A DNA stretch of 64,000 bases, from contig JASCQW010000132.1 of the NCBI GenBank assembly GCA_030264375.1, forward strand, positions 115,496,435 through 115,560,434. The letters are read 5' to 3'. Origin of the DNA: Carcharhinus longimanus. Its lineage: Eukaryota. The notes under the pieces were generated by a model. It was not told the origin of the DNA. It worked only from the letters and a program-made list of their open reading frames with translations, and ran no database searches. This document shows, piece after piece, positions 48,225-60,859 of this stretch; position 1 is the stretch's first letter, and the number at the start of each line of letters is the position of its first letter. Position numbers and translations under genes: made by a program.

Positions 48225-48597
48225 TTAGAATTCCTACAGTGCAGAAGAAGGCCATTTAGCCCATCAAGCCTGCACTGGCAACAATCCCAACCCAATTCAA
48301 ACCTATCCCTGCCTTAAAAGAGGCCCCACATATTTACCCTGCTAATCCCCCTGACATTAAGGGTCAATTTAGCATAGCCTATTAACATAACCCACACATC
48401 TTTGAACTATGGAAGAAAACCAGAGCACCTGGAAGAAACTCACATAAATGTGGGGAGAATATGCAAACTCCACACAGTCAGTCACCCAAGGCCGGAATTG
48501 AATCCAGTTTCCTAGCACTGTGAGGCAACTGTGTTCCCTTTTACTTTGTCTATTTGGTTTGACCTTAAAAGAGGACCACTGTGCCACAGCACCATCC
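48225..48597 (-). mobile_element. HE1 V-SINE with small non-consensus inserts
   Basis: Tail, body and head, with the head interrupted at ~48533-48575. Confidence 0.88.
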
Positions 48598-48839
48598 TTG
48601 TTGGCGTACGTTTTTGTTTTATTTTACTGCTTGCAATTGAAGGGTTCCTTCTGCTGGATGAACATGATGCTTTGATTCCAAATAGCCTTCTGCCAAGTAG
48701 GAGACCAAGGATTCCTAGTAAAACTGGACAGTTGGATTGGTAGTCAAAGGGAAAGCAAGAGTAATTGATGCAAAAGAAGATGGTTTTTGATTGTCAGTGG
48801 CCAATCTTTACAGCCACAAAACGTTACTAATTACTCTCA

Positions 48840-49330
48840 GTTGCTTCATCAACAAACATCTTTCAATTGTAAGATCAAATTCACTGACTATTTCCATCTT
48901 CAGCTCCATTTACAACTCATCCAATAATAAGAGGGCCCATGCCGATTGTATAGCAGTTGAGAAGTGGTGCCAAGTAATAAATTGAAACTCAGACCAGCAA
49001 AAGCCCCACATTTCCCCTTAAGTTTTAATGACACCACCATCACTGATATCCTGGGGTCATCACTAGCCAGAACAATTTCTAAATGAGCTGCACCATCACT
49101 AAAATTAGGGCAAAGACTGGATAATTTGTGATGATTGCCTTCTAACCTTCTAAAATCTCTCTCTGTGTCATCTGCATGCCTCAGGTTCAAATTAATAGCA
49201 GAATACTCAGAACTTGCCTGAATATGCACAACTGCAACAACATCAAGAAGCCCAAAACCATCCAGGAAAGAATATTTCACGTAATCGCTGCCCTTGCCGC
49301 TTCATTCGATATGGACCCTTCAACTATCAA
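48840..49330 (+). mobile_element. Old Crack/L2-like LINE RT fragment
   Basis: Decayed ..EKW.QV, ILGV, MEY-like (gcagaatactc) and IQ.R..I..L motifs; probably the same family as 50785-51135. Confidence 0.55.
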
Positions 49331-50784
49331 CACACAGGATGCGGCGCATGCTAACTACATGATGAAGAACCGTGAGCAAAATGCTGCAAGAACTGTGGGT
49401 GTGCTACGGTCAAGGAAGCAGTTGCCAAAAATGCAACTAAAAAAATACAGCAGTTCTATGAAGGGACTTGGTCTGAGCAGACATGGGAGAGTATAAATAG
49501 CACCAGTCACAGAATGTTTGTCTAAGCTTCAGTTCTGCAGAATCTCCTCCTGATGGAATTGGTACTTTGCCCACATAAACAAAGCTGGAGGAGAGAGATG
49601 ACATGAAATGCTTACCATCCGTAACTGGACTGTGCTCCATGCTTGGAAAGGCATCTAGCAATTCATTTTCTGAGGTGGAAGATGCAAGCAGAATAGCTTG
49701 GAAGGAAAAGTTTCTGATTTTATGCTCTTCTGGTATTAATGAAAGACATTTTAATTAAACATGAATCTCAAAGTAATCTTTTCTTTTAGAGGCTGCACTA
49801 CAGATATGTGTAAATCAGATATAAATGTGGCATTTGCTGCCCTGAATAGTTTTCCGATGGCCATGGTGTCTGTCAATTCAGCCTTTTTTTCACAGTTGCT
49901 TCTGGCTGCAAGGTACCCCAACCGTGGGTCCAGTTTGGGAGGGTAATGCAGTAAATTAGCTTTTTTTCTAAGCATTAAAAAAGTGTAAATTTGTTACTGT
50001 AAAATTGTGAGATTTGTAAATTTGAAAATGATGCTGGGAAGCTAAAGTCTTGTGGCAATAGAGGACTGCAGTTTAAGTCCTTTGCTTCAGGTGCTTAATT
50101 TTATGGAGGTGATTCTTGAGACAAGCAATCATTCTGTCGCTGCTCTGTCCCATTCCATACTCTATTCTGCAGCTATTTCCTTTCTTGCTAGCCACTCATC
50201 TACTATTGTGCATATCCTCTTCCTCCAGATCTTAATTTTCCCACAGTTCAGTCTCTGTTGCAGACTGTTCCTCAGTTGTTTTCTTTTTTCAGCATTGTTC
50301 CAGTCACTGTTTTTCGCTGTTGTTCCCGCACCCTGCATTTCCCAGCCTGGAAAAACCAATGCAGGGCACAAGAACAATTCCTGTTCCGGTTTTCCAAGAT
50401 GTGGACCATTCTTGTTTTGATTTACCAAGCAATTCCTGCTGTTCTTTTTGTAAACACTCCTGATTTCTCTCTTTTGCTCGATGTCAATGATCCATTAGGA
50501 ACTTTGGATTGTTGAGAGATTGTCAAGCCTTTATCAATAATTTTAAAGCAGAGTGAAACCTCTTGTTATATCAATCCTGGAATCAAATATGTTAAGTATT
50601 AATTATTTAAGTATTAATAAAATGCTCAAAAGTAATAAACATTTAAAACAAAGAATGAAGAAGAAAAATCACACTGTAATAACAGAAGATGCATTGATTG
50701 TGTTGGTATAGTCAATTAGAAAGCCTTTGGTCATATTTATTGTCAAGGACGATGTGTTGCATGAGTGAACTGCAAGTTTTAATA

Positions 50785-51135
50785 GTTATTCTTGGCGTGT
50801 GGGCATTACTGGGAAGGCCATCGTACGTTGCCCATCCCTAATTACCTTTGAGAAGGTGGTGAGGGTGATCTGTCGAAGCAAACCAGTTTGCAGTTCATGT
50901 GGTGTAGGTGCACCCATGGTGCTGTCAGAGAGGGACTTCCAGGATTTTGACCCAGCAACAGTGAACGAATGATGATATAGTTCCAAGTCAAGATGGTGAG
51001 TGGCTTGGAAGGGAACTTCCAGATCATGGTGGTCCCATTGAATCTGTTGCCCTTATCCTTCCTTGCAGGTTTGTAAGGTGCTGTCGAAGGAGATTTGACA
51101 AGCTGCATCTTGTAACTGGCACACACTGTGCTGCT
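50785..51135 (-). mobile_element. Crack/L2-like LINE 3' end
   Basis: Minus-strand HSFTVAGSKSWKSL (SF....WNSLP motif), with a tail like that of the 3615-3900 SINE. Confidence 0.8.
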
Positions 51136-51939
51136 GGTGGAGATTGGGAATGCTTTTGTGCATTGCAGGGAAGATTTCATGTCTGGAAATGAAAGACGTG
51201 ACTTTCAATCTTTAATTGTCATCGTTCTTTTTGATTTCCAAAACACCAGCAATTCCAGCTGATTATGAAAATATATCTACTTGAAAAGTAAAAGTAAGGC
51301 AAATTGGAAGTATTCTAAGTGGTCGGAATAAGGTTAATCTGCTATTTTCTACATTTCAATTGTTTGTGACAGGAGGCTTCAAAGCTCAAGACTTTTACCA
51401 CCTCTTCATAGATTCCCCAGAATAGAAATACACTATAAACTCAACTGCAACTTCTGAAATTCCTTGGAAACAAGCAAAAGGTCATAAGTTTAAGAGCTAG
51501 AGTGTGTGAACTGAAAAAAAATGTTTTCCTTATTTTGCCCTGGTTGTATCAAGATCCCTTAGAGTCCTTCGGTCCAAATAGTAGGAATTAGACAGCAAAT
51601 TAAAAAAAAAACTATTGAGGGGACAATTGTGGGAAAATTAAAAGTTGCAGCTGTTGGCACAGAGTCATAATACTTTTTAAAAAGTGCCCTTGATTCCATG
51701 CAATAAGTGTTATCACAAGAAACAGAACTCTAAATAAACCAGTAGACTAATGTACTAATTATATGGGCCTCAAGAGAATCTAAAGGCTTATCAACTCTCT
51801 TGCCTGCAGTATCCCAGCCAATCAGGATTTAGTTTTCATTTGTCTTCTCTTACCCTCCAAAGAATGTTCACCAAAGAGGGCCAACAACAAAAAGAAAGTG
51901 CCCTATTAAACCAGCAGAGGTTAGATGAATTAAATACTT

Positions 51940-52388
51940 GATGCATGAGGAGTGTTTGAGAACTCTGGGTCTGTACTTGATAGAATTTAAAATGATGGGG
52001 GTGGTGGGAGAGGGGGAATACTCATTGAAATTTACAGTATATGGAAAGGCCTGGATAGAGTGAATGTGGGGAAGATGTTTCCACTGGTAGGAGAGACTAG
52101 GATCCAAGGGCACAGCTTCAAAGTAAAGGGATGACCCTTTAGAACTGAGCTGAGAAAGAGTTTCTTCAGCCAGAGGGTGGTGAATCTATGGAACTCATTG
52201 CCATAGAAGGTGTGGAGGCCAGGTCATTGTGAGTATTTAAGACAGAGATAGATAGGTTCTTGATTGGTGAGGGGATCAAAGATTATAGGGAAGAGAATAG
52301 AGTTGAGAAACATCAGCTATGATTGAATGTGAAACAATTCAATGGGCTGAATGGCCTAATTCTGCTCCTCTATCTTATGGCTTATGAT
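51940..52388 (+). mobile_element. CR1 LINE 3' end
   Basis: GLDRVNVGKMFPLVGETRIQGHS and FFSQRVVNLWNSLP, then the tail. Confidence 0.93.
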
Positions 52389-52389
52389 T

Positions 52390-52640
52390 TAAGAACATAA
52401 GAACATAAGAAATAGGAGCAGGAGTAGGCCATCTGGCCCTTCGAGCCTGCCCCGCCATTNNNNNNNNNNNNNNNNNNNNNNNNNNNNNNNNNNNNNNNNN
52501 NNNNNNNNNNNNNNNNNNNNNNNNNNNNNNNNNNNNNNNNNNNNNNNNNNNNNNNNNNNCTCATAGCTCAACCCCCTCAACTCCGGTATCAGCCTAGTAA
52601 ACCTCCTCTGCACTCCCTCCAAGGCCAAAATATCTCTAAC
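52390..52640 (-). mobile_element. Young CR1 LINE 3' end, tail-to-tail with the previous copy
   Basis: (aagaacat)n tail and RDILALEGVQRRFTRLIPELRGLSYE. Confidence 0.9.
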
Positions 52641-52677
52641 AAGATGTCTTAATTTTATTGTAAATTGAGCGCTGTTT

Positions 52678-53055
52678 TTATTCATTCACAGGATGTAGGT
52701 GTCGCTGATAAGGCTTATTGTCATACTTACTTGCTCTTGAGGATGAAGTGGTGAATCAACTTCTTGAATGCAGCTGAGTAGTTTGCTACATCTTTTCAGA
52801 AGGCAGTTCACAGTCAAGCAAGTTGCTCTGGGCCTGGAGTCACATATCAGTCAGATCTAAAGAATGTAGTGAACTAGATGGGTTTCTACACCAATTTGGT
52901 GGTTACATGGCAACCATTACTGATACTAGCTTCTTTTTTTACAAAAAAAATCCAGGTTTTAATGCAATTAACTGAATTAAAATTCGTAAGCTGGCATGAT
53001 GGGATTTGAACTGATGAGTCTGGATCATTATGAATCCAGTAACATAAGTACCATT
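52678..53055 (-). mobile_element. Old tRNA-derived SINE related to 3615-3900
   Basis: ttcacaggatgtaggtgtcgctg tail, ctggagtcacat and gggatttgaac B box. Confidence 0.7.
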
Positions 53056-53814
53056 CTACCATACCATACTGTTATCTTTCTTTTTCTCAGTTCCCAACCT
53101 GAGGAAACAGATTAAACAATATAGTAACTCAGACTTGAAGTCAGTTAAGCTGTGAAGAAAATAAAAGAAATAATCAGAAATATAAAAGCTTAAGAGGAAC
53201 AAAGAGAGAGAGAGAGAGCAAGAAAGAGAAAGGAAAAGAAGAGACAAATATATAGTTGAATATATCCTGCACTGGAAGATGCACAATTACACTTTCACAG
53301 TGAGGTACATGGCAGCCATGTTTTCATTCAGCTCCTGCTACCAGTTTTCTGTAGGTCCAGTGGCCTCTTCTTATTCTTGACCTTTCTCGTGTTCTGACCC
53401 AAACAAGTTGCAGTTTTAAGTGTTCTTAGAAATCATTCAGTTGGCAAAAGTATGACTATCCCTGATTTAGATCCCTAGTTTCTCAACCAGAGAAACACAA
53501 AAGTTGCTGTAATGCAATAGTCCCCTAGGCCTAAGGGGTGGAAAAATCAGCCATAGTGTTTTATTGTCATCCATTCACTGCCGGAAAATGCACATATATG
53601 GATGTGAGCACAAGTATTATTGCCATTTTTCACTCCCTCAAGGTTGGCTAGGCTCCTGACAGATATTATCCAGACAAGTGCATGTAGAATAGTCACTTGG
53701 GTGAGGAATTGGAGGGTGACTTATGACCCCTGGACCCATAGTACAGAATGAATCAACATCTTCAAATAGAGAGGGAGGTTATTGGAGGAGGGAGAAAAAG
53801 ATATTCTGATGGAT

Positions 53815-54480
53815 ATAGAAACATAGAATCCTGAGGGTGCAGTGTGATACCATTCGGCCCATCAGGGTGGCACGGTAGCACAGTGGTTTACACTGTGCTG
53901 CTTTACAGCTCCAGGTTCGATTTCCGGCTCGGGTCACTGTCTGTGTGGAGTTTGCACATTCTCCTTGTGTCTGCATGGGTTTCCTCTGGGTGCTCCGGTT
54001 TCNNNNNNNNNNNNNNNNNNNNNNNNNNNNNNNNNNNNNNNNNNNNNNNNNNNNNNNNNNNNNNNNNNNNNNNNNNNNNNNNNNNNNNNNNNNNNNNNNN
54101 NNTGGGGTTAGGGCCTGGGTGGGATTGTGTTTGGTGCAGACTCGATGGGCCGAAGGGCCTCTTTCTGCACTGTAGGGTTCTATATTCTATCAAGCCTGCA
54201 CTGACTCTCCAACAGCGCATCTCACCCAGAACCTATCCCAGTAACCCACTGTATTTATCTTGCTAATCCCCCTAACCTACACACCTTGGGACACTAAGAG
54301 GCAATTTAGCATGGCCAATCCACCTAACCTGCACATCTTTGGACTGTGGGAGCAAAGCGGAGCAGCCGGAGGAAACCCACGCAGACATGGGAAGAACGTG
54401 CAAACTCCAGACAGACAAAGCTGTAATTGAACCCTGATCTCTGGATTGTGAGACATCAGTGTTCATCACTGTGCCACCCC
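53815..54480. mobile_element. + strand HE1 (53864-54190) nested in the tail of a - strand HE1
   Basis: The minus-strand tail is split at ggcccatca|...|tcaagcctgcac. Confidence 0.85.
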
Positions 54481-54699
54481 ATATAGTTGGAGAGGAACCA
54501 GCAACTTGAAAAGAACAGATTAACTTAATCATTTCTCTCACGCTGTCTTGCACTCATGACTCAACTTGCTCAGCACTTTATTCCCTTTCTGTCCTCACTC
54601 CTACAGCACACACATTCACACACACACTGATCCATTCTCTTTCTCCACACATCCAGTTGCTCATCCCCGTCATGATATTAAGCAGCAGAGTTGTGGGTG

Positions 54700-54830
54700 A
54701 GCTAAAGATTATGGAGGGATGGTGAATAGGAGGGTGGCCAGGAAAGCATTGTCGAGTCTGGAAATAACAAAAGCAAACATAAGGGCTTCAGCAGCAGATG
54801 GGCTGGTGCACACATGCAGAGGTACGCTGG
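54700..54830 (-). mobile_element. L2 LINE fragment
   Basis: SPSAAEALMFAFVISRLDNAFLATL. Confidence 0.75.
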
Positions 54831-56229
54831 GGAGTGCAAGTGTATTTTTACCTTCTAAAACTGCAGCTGACGGCATACATTTAGATCCTTTTATGCTGGC
54901 GGCATTCAGAAACATGACCTGTCTTAGTTACTTTCTTGCGGCCACAGCGGCAATCTACTTTATTGTGAGCTGCCCAGGTGGAACTTTAAATAGTACCAGA
55001 AGGCCAGTATAGCACCTGCTCTCCAGAAACGGTGCTGCAATATATATAATATATATATATATAAAATATAACTTGAAAGTGTTGCAGGCGGTCACACACA
55101 AGTCTCTGTAGAAGAAGCACTGCACTTGGCAGGAGGCGCTGACCTTAATGCACAGGGGGAGCTAGTGAGATGGGCCCCAGCGGAATAGCTTCATATCATA
55201 GGGAACTTCAAGCTGTGATTCATTTGATTTGTGTGATTTATGTATAGATGCATGAGAACAGTGGGAACTAGGAATGTCTGTAATGGGATGTAATTAAGTC
55301 TGCCTGGAATCACTGCTGTGTTCCCTCTCTCTCCCTAACCAATCTTGGCAAAGCAGCCAAAAAGGGGTGACTCATGTCCGNNNNNNNNNNNNNNNNNNNN
55401 NNNNNNNNNNNNNNNNNNNNNNNNNNNNNNNNNNNNNNNNNNNNNNNNNNNNNNNNNNNNNNNNNNNNNNNNNNNNCAGTTGCTTTCTTGTGTTTTTCAG
55501 ATGTGGTGTGGGGCCACGTGGGGGAGGGGCAGAGAAGACGGAAGGGAGTCTGGTCAGTTTTCAGCTGACCAATTCTGTGAAACATCTGTCCTTGCTACTG
55601 TTGCTTCCAGCTGCACGCTGCCACCAGGATAAATAGACAGGAAGAGAAAATAACATTTAGAATGCCGTGTAATTAAATGCAAACGGCGTGGTTGTGTAAT
55701 ACAGCCCGTTTTAGATATTTAAAAACAATAAGTGGAAGTGGTGTAACCTATCCTTTTTTTAAATATGTGGAGCCCAATAACTCCTCCTGTGCATGTTAGC
55801 AAAAAGTTAAAACTCAGCTCTAATTATAGAGGAAACAACATCTGCTGTTATAACTTCTCTGTGTCACACCAAGACAGACATCAGTAATGAGCTGAAAACC
55901 AAGGTGGGTGAATCATTACTGCAATACATTAGGTTCCCACCTCTTCAAAAAGATATATAAAGAACCATGAGAATGTTTAATTCTCTTTAGCTCCACTCAT
56001 TTTTAGTGGCATTTATTTGGAAAAGGTCACTTGGATGAGACTGTTCTTGGAATAATGGAATAATCTACCTCCCTCATACCAGTGGGGTCCTTCTCACTAC
56101 TCAGCAAGGCCAAATTTCTTTGGGGGAGTCCCATGTCCATTGCAAGGGGGATCCTTTTTTTAAAATTTCGATCATTTTTAGATCGGGCCACACTCTAAAA
56201 ATGTCGCCCCAATTTCCTGAAAGCCAATA

Positions 56230-56350
56230 GGTGGAATTTTCCACTCCCACACACCACGAGAATCATAGTAGGCGGGACATGGACCACGAAAAGATCCCTC
56301 GACCTTGGATGGGATTTTCTGGCTTTGGGCAAGTGTGGCTGGAAAATCCT
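56230..56350. mobile_element. Harbinger-type MITE
   Basis: TIRs ggtggaattttcc / ggaaaatcctgc. Confidence 0.65.
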
Positions 56351-56821
56351 GCTCAAGGTTACTGGAGGGGTGGGGTCATTCTGATCCTGAACTGCACCGA
56401 CGTGGTATCATGGGATCCACCGCCAGGATCNNNNNNNNNNNNNNNNNNNNNNNNNNNNNNNGCCAACGGGTTACACACCCCTCTTCTTGCCTGAGTTGAC
56501 AATTGGTCAAAAATGATAAAATTCCACCCCAAGACTCACTTGTTTAAAAAGGGATGCTGAACCGGACATAGAAAACACCTACAGAAGATTTAACACTCCT
56601 TGTGACTTCTATTTCAGCTCTCATAAAGGTGCAGTCTGGAGATCAGTTCGGGATGTTTAGCATTGTTTCATTTTAAGCAAGGGATAGCATATTGAGAATG
56701 GCTGGGACAAGGGCACGGAGTCAGAAAGCTGCTGGAGAGAAGACAGAAAGTTTGGAGGGGATGAGAGGTTGATGAAAAGAGAGAACGGAAGCCTCTTAGC
56801 TGATATTGCTGAGAGGTTCAT

Positions 56822-57447
56822 AGGCGGTACTGTAGCACAGTGGTTAGCACTGCTGCCTCACAGTGTCAGGGATCATAGGAATGTGGATCGTAGAATCCCT
56901 ACAGTGCAGAAAGAGGCCATTTGGCCCGTTGAGTCTGCACTGACCACAATCCCACCCTGGCTCTACTCCCATATCCCTATATATTTTACCCATTAATCCC
57001 TCCAACTTACGCATCTCAGGACACGAAGGGGCAATTTTAGCACGGCCAATCAACCTAACCTGCACATCTTTGGGAGGAAACTGGAGCACCCAGAGGAAAC
57101 CTGCACAGACATGAGGAGAATGTGCAAATTCCACACAGATAGTGACCCAAGCTGGAAATTGAACACAGGTCCCTGGAGCTGTGAAGCAGCAGAGCTAACC
57201 ACGGTGCTACTGTGCCATCTGGGGTCTGGGTTCGATTCCAGCCTTGGGTCACTGTCAGTGTGGAACTTGCACGTTCTGCCCATGTGTGTGTGTGTTTCCT
57301 CCCACAGTCCAAAGGTATGCAGGTTACGGAGGTTAGTGGGATTACAGGGATGGGGTGGTCCTGGGTAAGATGGTCTGTCAGACAGTTGGTGCAGACTTGA
57401 TGAGTTGAATGACCTCCTTCAGCATTGCAGGATTCTATGATTCTATG
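56822..57447. mobile_element. - strand HE1 (56873-57218) nested in the head of a + strand HE1
   Basis: The + head stops at cagtgtcaggga and resumes at tctgggttcgattcc. Confidence 0.88.
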
Positions 57448-57469
57448 AAAATTGGGAATAGAATAGATA

Positions 57470-58150
57470 GGTGTTACTTCTTGTTCTTTTGTGGGATGTG
57501 GGCGTCACTGACAAGGCCAACGTTTGTTGTCCATCCCTAATTGCCCCTGAACTGAATGTCTCATTTTCAGAGGGCATTTAAGAGTCAATCACATTGCTGT
57601 AGGTCTAGAGTCACATGTACCACAATAGAGAAGGAGGCCATTCGGCCCATCAAATCTGCATTGACACTCCAAAACAGCATCCCACCCAGGCCTACCCCAC
57701 CCTATTCCCGTAATTCCATGCATTTCCCAGAGTTAACCTACACATCTGGACACTAAGGGGAAATTTAGCATGGCCAAGCCACCAAAGAGGCACATCTGTA
57801 GACTGTGGGAGGAAACTGGAGCACCTGGAGGAAATCCACGCAGACATGGAGAGAATGTGCAAACTCCACATAGTAAATTGCCCAAGGCCTGAATCGAACC
57901 AGGGCACCTTGTACTATGAAGCAGCAGTGCTAACCACTGTGCCACCATGCTGCCCTTGGCTTTAAGGTTTCCTTCTCTAAAGGACATTAGTGAACTAGAT
58001 AGATTTTACAACAATCGATAATAGTTTCATGATCATCATCAGACTTTTCTTTCCAGATTTTTGTTGAATTCAAATTCCACCATCTGCACTGGTGGGATTT
58101 GAACCTGGATCCCCAAAGTATTACCCTGGGCCTAGCTCAGTGACAATACC
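57470..58150 (-). mobile_element. tRNA-derived SINE (3615-3900 family) interrupted by a - strand HE1 at 57620-57955
   Basis: The host breaks at gagtcacatgta and resumes at ttccttctctaaaggacattagtgaac. Confidence 0.85.
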
Positions 58151-58769
58151 ACGCTGGCACCAGTTCTGATGGACGGCACGGACAAGATGGGCCGAAGTGC
58201 CTCCTGCTGTGCTGTAAAATCTATGACTATGATTCTGGTCAGAGACAAACTGCAAAGAACAGAAAGAGAAAGAGAATCTGAAGAGAGTGGAGGAAAACCA
58301 GCAACACGGATATGACTGGCATGAGGTAATTTAGTACATTTTATATCTTTCTGTGAGTTATTACACTGAAGATCCACTAGCATACTAAAACTCTTGTGAA
58401 TGACTTATGCTATCCCACACTTTCTGCAAATGTGTCACGATTATTTATTTGACCCACATTTGATTGGATCATTTTCCCCACATGATTCAGTGCTAATCTC
58501 GGCTCTAGACCTGAAACAGACTACAGACATTTAGAAATTGTAACCATAATTTATGTATCACCTTTAATGGAGAAAAATGCTGGAACATGGGTTCAATATG
58601 TGACTGAAAGCATGGTCACCAAAGGCAGAACAAAAGCACAAAAAGCTGGAGTCAGAGGAAGACAGACTGGTTAGTGTTGGAGTAGAGTCAGGGGCTCGGT
58701 GGATATAAACATAGTGGTGATAATTAAATATAACTAGGGAATGTTTAACATTGAAGTTTAAAAGTTTAA

Positions 58770-58918
58770 AATTTATTTATTAGTGTCACAAGTAATTTAC
58801 ATTCACACTGCAATTAAGTTACTGTGAAAATCCCCTAGTTGCTACATTCCGGCACCTGTTCGGGTACATTGAGGAACAATTTAGCATGGCCAATGCCTCT
58901 AACCATCATGTCTTTAGA
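58770..58918 (-). mobile_element. Tail fragment of the alternative-tail V-SINE
   Basis: tttattagtgtcacaagta...gttactgtgaaaatcccctag. Confidence 0.85.
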
Positions 58919-60536
58919 CAATGATTTACACTTTTAGTTCTTTCTCATTGTGCTGATTGGTTCGGTTCCAGCTCTCCAAGAATGTACAGGTTTCACAAAA
59001 ATAAATAAAGTCTAATCTGTAACTGACCCAATGATTATTTCTAGAATTGACAAAGTAAAAAATATCATCGAGCTTTGATGGGACACACATTCTAGTTGAC
59101 ATGGTAAAATGTTCTGTTTGACAAAATGGTAGTCACTGGCTTATGTTAGTAGAGTGTCTTATACACTATATTTTAATAATAATCTAAAAAGATTGGAAGG
59201 CTTAGATTTACACTGAGAATTGTGATATTAAATAAAATGAAATAGGTTCAATCCTGTCAGAAAGTAGCCTAAAATAGATTGTACAGCATAGAAATAAGTT
59301 CAAAAAACTATTTTAATAACATCGACTGATGAATTTGTCTAAAAAAAGACTGATATTTCCCTTGGACTCTTTCCTGTGCTTAAGCTGAATGGAAGACGTA
59401 CTTTGGTAGCAGGTTTTTTTTAAAGCTGTGTTTGATTTATTTTCAATTTTGAAAACAGCCAAGTTTAATCCCATGAGTTAATCTCTAGTTAAGTGACGGG
59501 ACAGGAGCAAGTCAACATCTCAATTTATTACACATGTTATACCAAAGGGCATCTGGATTGCAATCTGTTCTACAGAAATGAAAAATGACACTATTGGTCT
59601 GAAATGGACTGACAGGCCCCCTCTTCTGAGACTGTTTAGCGTTTCTGGTGCATGTCTTGCTTGGAAAGCAAAGCAAAATTGGGTTCTTTGTACAGATTTT
59701 GCTCAATTTAGAATTTTCCGGAGTCGAGCAAGCTAAGGGAGATGAATGCTGGATATCATTTTCAAATATATTTCTAATTTGATTTTAAAGTTACTATTAA
59801 ATCTGTTTCCATCACCTTTGCAGGCAATGCATTCTCATTGCTGTAATGATCACCTGTAGGTGCTGACTCATGCTGGTAACAGTTCCAAAAATGCTGGGGG
59901 CCTCTAGTACCTCGTACAAGAGGGTCATTCTTTGTTTGCAAGCCTGTGCTGCTAGTGTTGACAAACTGTTTCACGAGGTGGGGGAGCGGTTGTTGGGAGT
60001 GGAGGTGGGAGGGGTGCAGTAGGCAGTGATTAGAGATGCTTCAGAGCTCAACCTTATTTTGTTTTCATTTTCCAGCAAGTCACTGGATAGGGAAATATTA
60101 ATCCTTGCTGATTTGCCCACCCCAGTCCTCACACCCGACTTCCTGGCCTGATTTGAATCAAAACACCCTACTGATGTTCCAAATGAAGGCAGCTAAGGCA
60201 CCCCTACTTTAAAAGGGTCAGTGTGTATATTGAAGATATATTTGCTTTGTATGAATAATAGCTCACTACAAAAGTACAACTTCTCCTTCATACACTTGCA
60301 AATATAAAATAATGGGGCCGGCAAGGAATATTGAAAAGGTGCATGCAAGACACCTTACCTGTTATGAACAAGTAAACTTGTGAGTCAATCCTGTTCACTT
60401 AACTCTGAATATCATCGCAATACAGCAAAACTCAATGTGAAAGGGTAGGTAACTCTCATACAGGAAAGAGAAAACATAGTAATAAGAGAGTGTCTGAAAT
60501 GGTACATCTATGTACTGAAATGTTGGGAAACACTTT

Positions 60537-60672
60537 GGGCGCGATCTTACTGTTCGTTCTTACCACACTCCCACTGCAGCAAAAATGGAAAATTTGGCAA
60601 CAAGCCAAATCTCTGTTCACTGCAGCGGGATGAGAAAATCCTGTTGGTGTGAACTGTCAGAAATTTCTGGCC
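60537..60672. mobile_element. Harbinger-type MITE with ttt TSD
   Basis: ttt|gggcgcgatctt ... aaatttctggcc|ttt. Confidence 0.6.
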
Positions 60673-60859
60673 TTTGTGTTTTTGTGTACAAGATAAATAT
60701 GGATTCAAGTGAGTTCTCTGAGAGGGAGTGAAATAGTTAATTTCTTCATTATTATCATTCTGCACATTCAAAAAAGCCTTTATAAAACAATTTATTAGAA
60801 GTTTTGGCAAAGCTGTTACATTCAGCACTCTTATGCAAAATTTATTAGAGCATAGTATG

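Noticed and set aside
49761-49946. GCTTDMCK resembling the Ly6/uPAR C-terminal motif
   Set aside because: It lacks the CC and terminal N of CCxxxxCN, and no upstream cysteine-rich exons were found.
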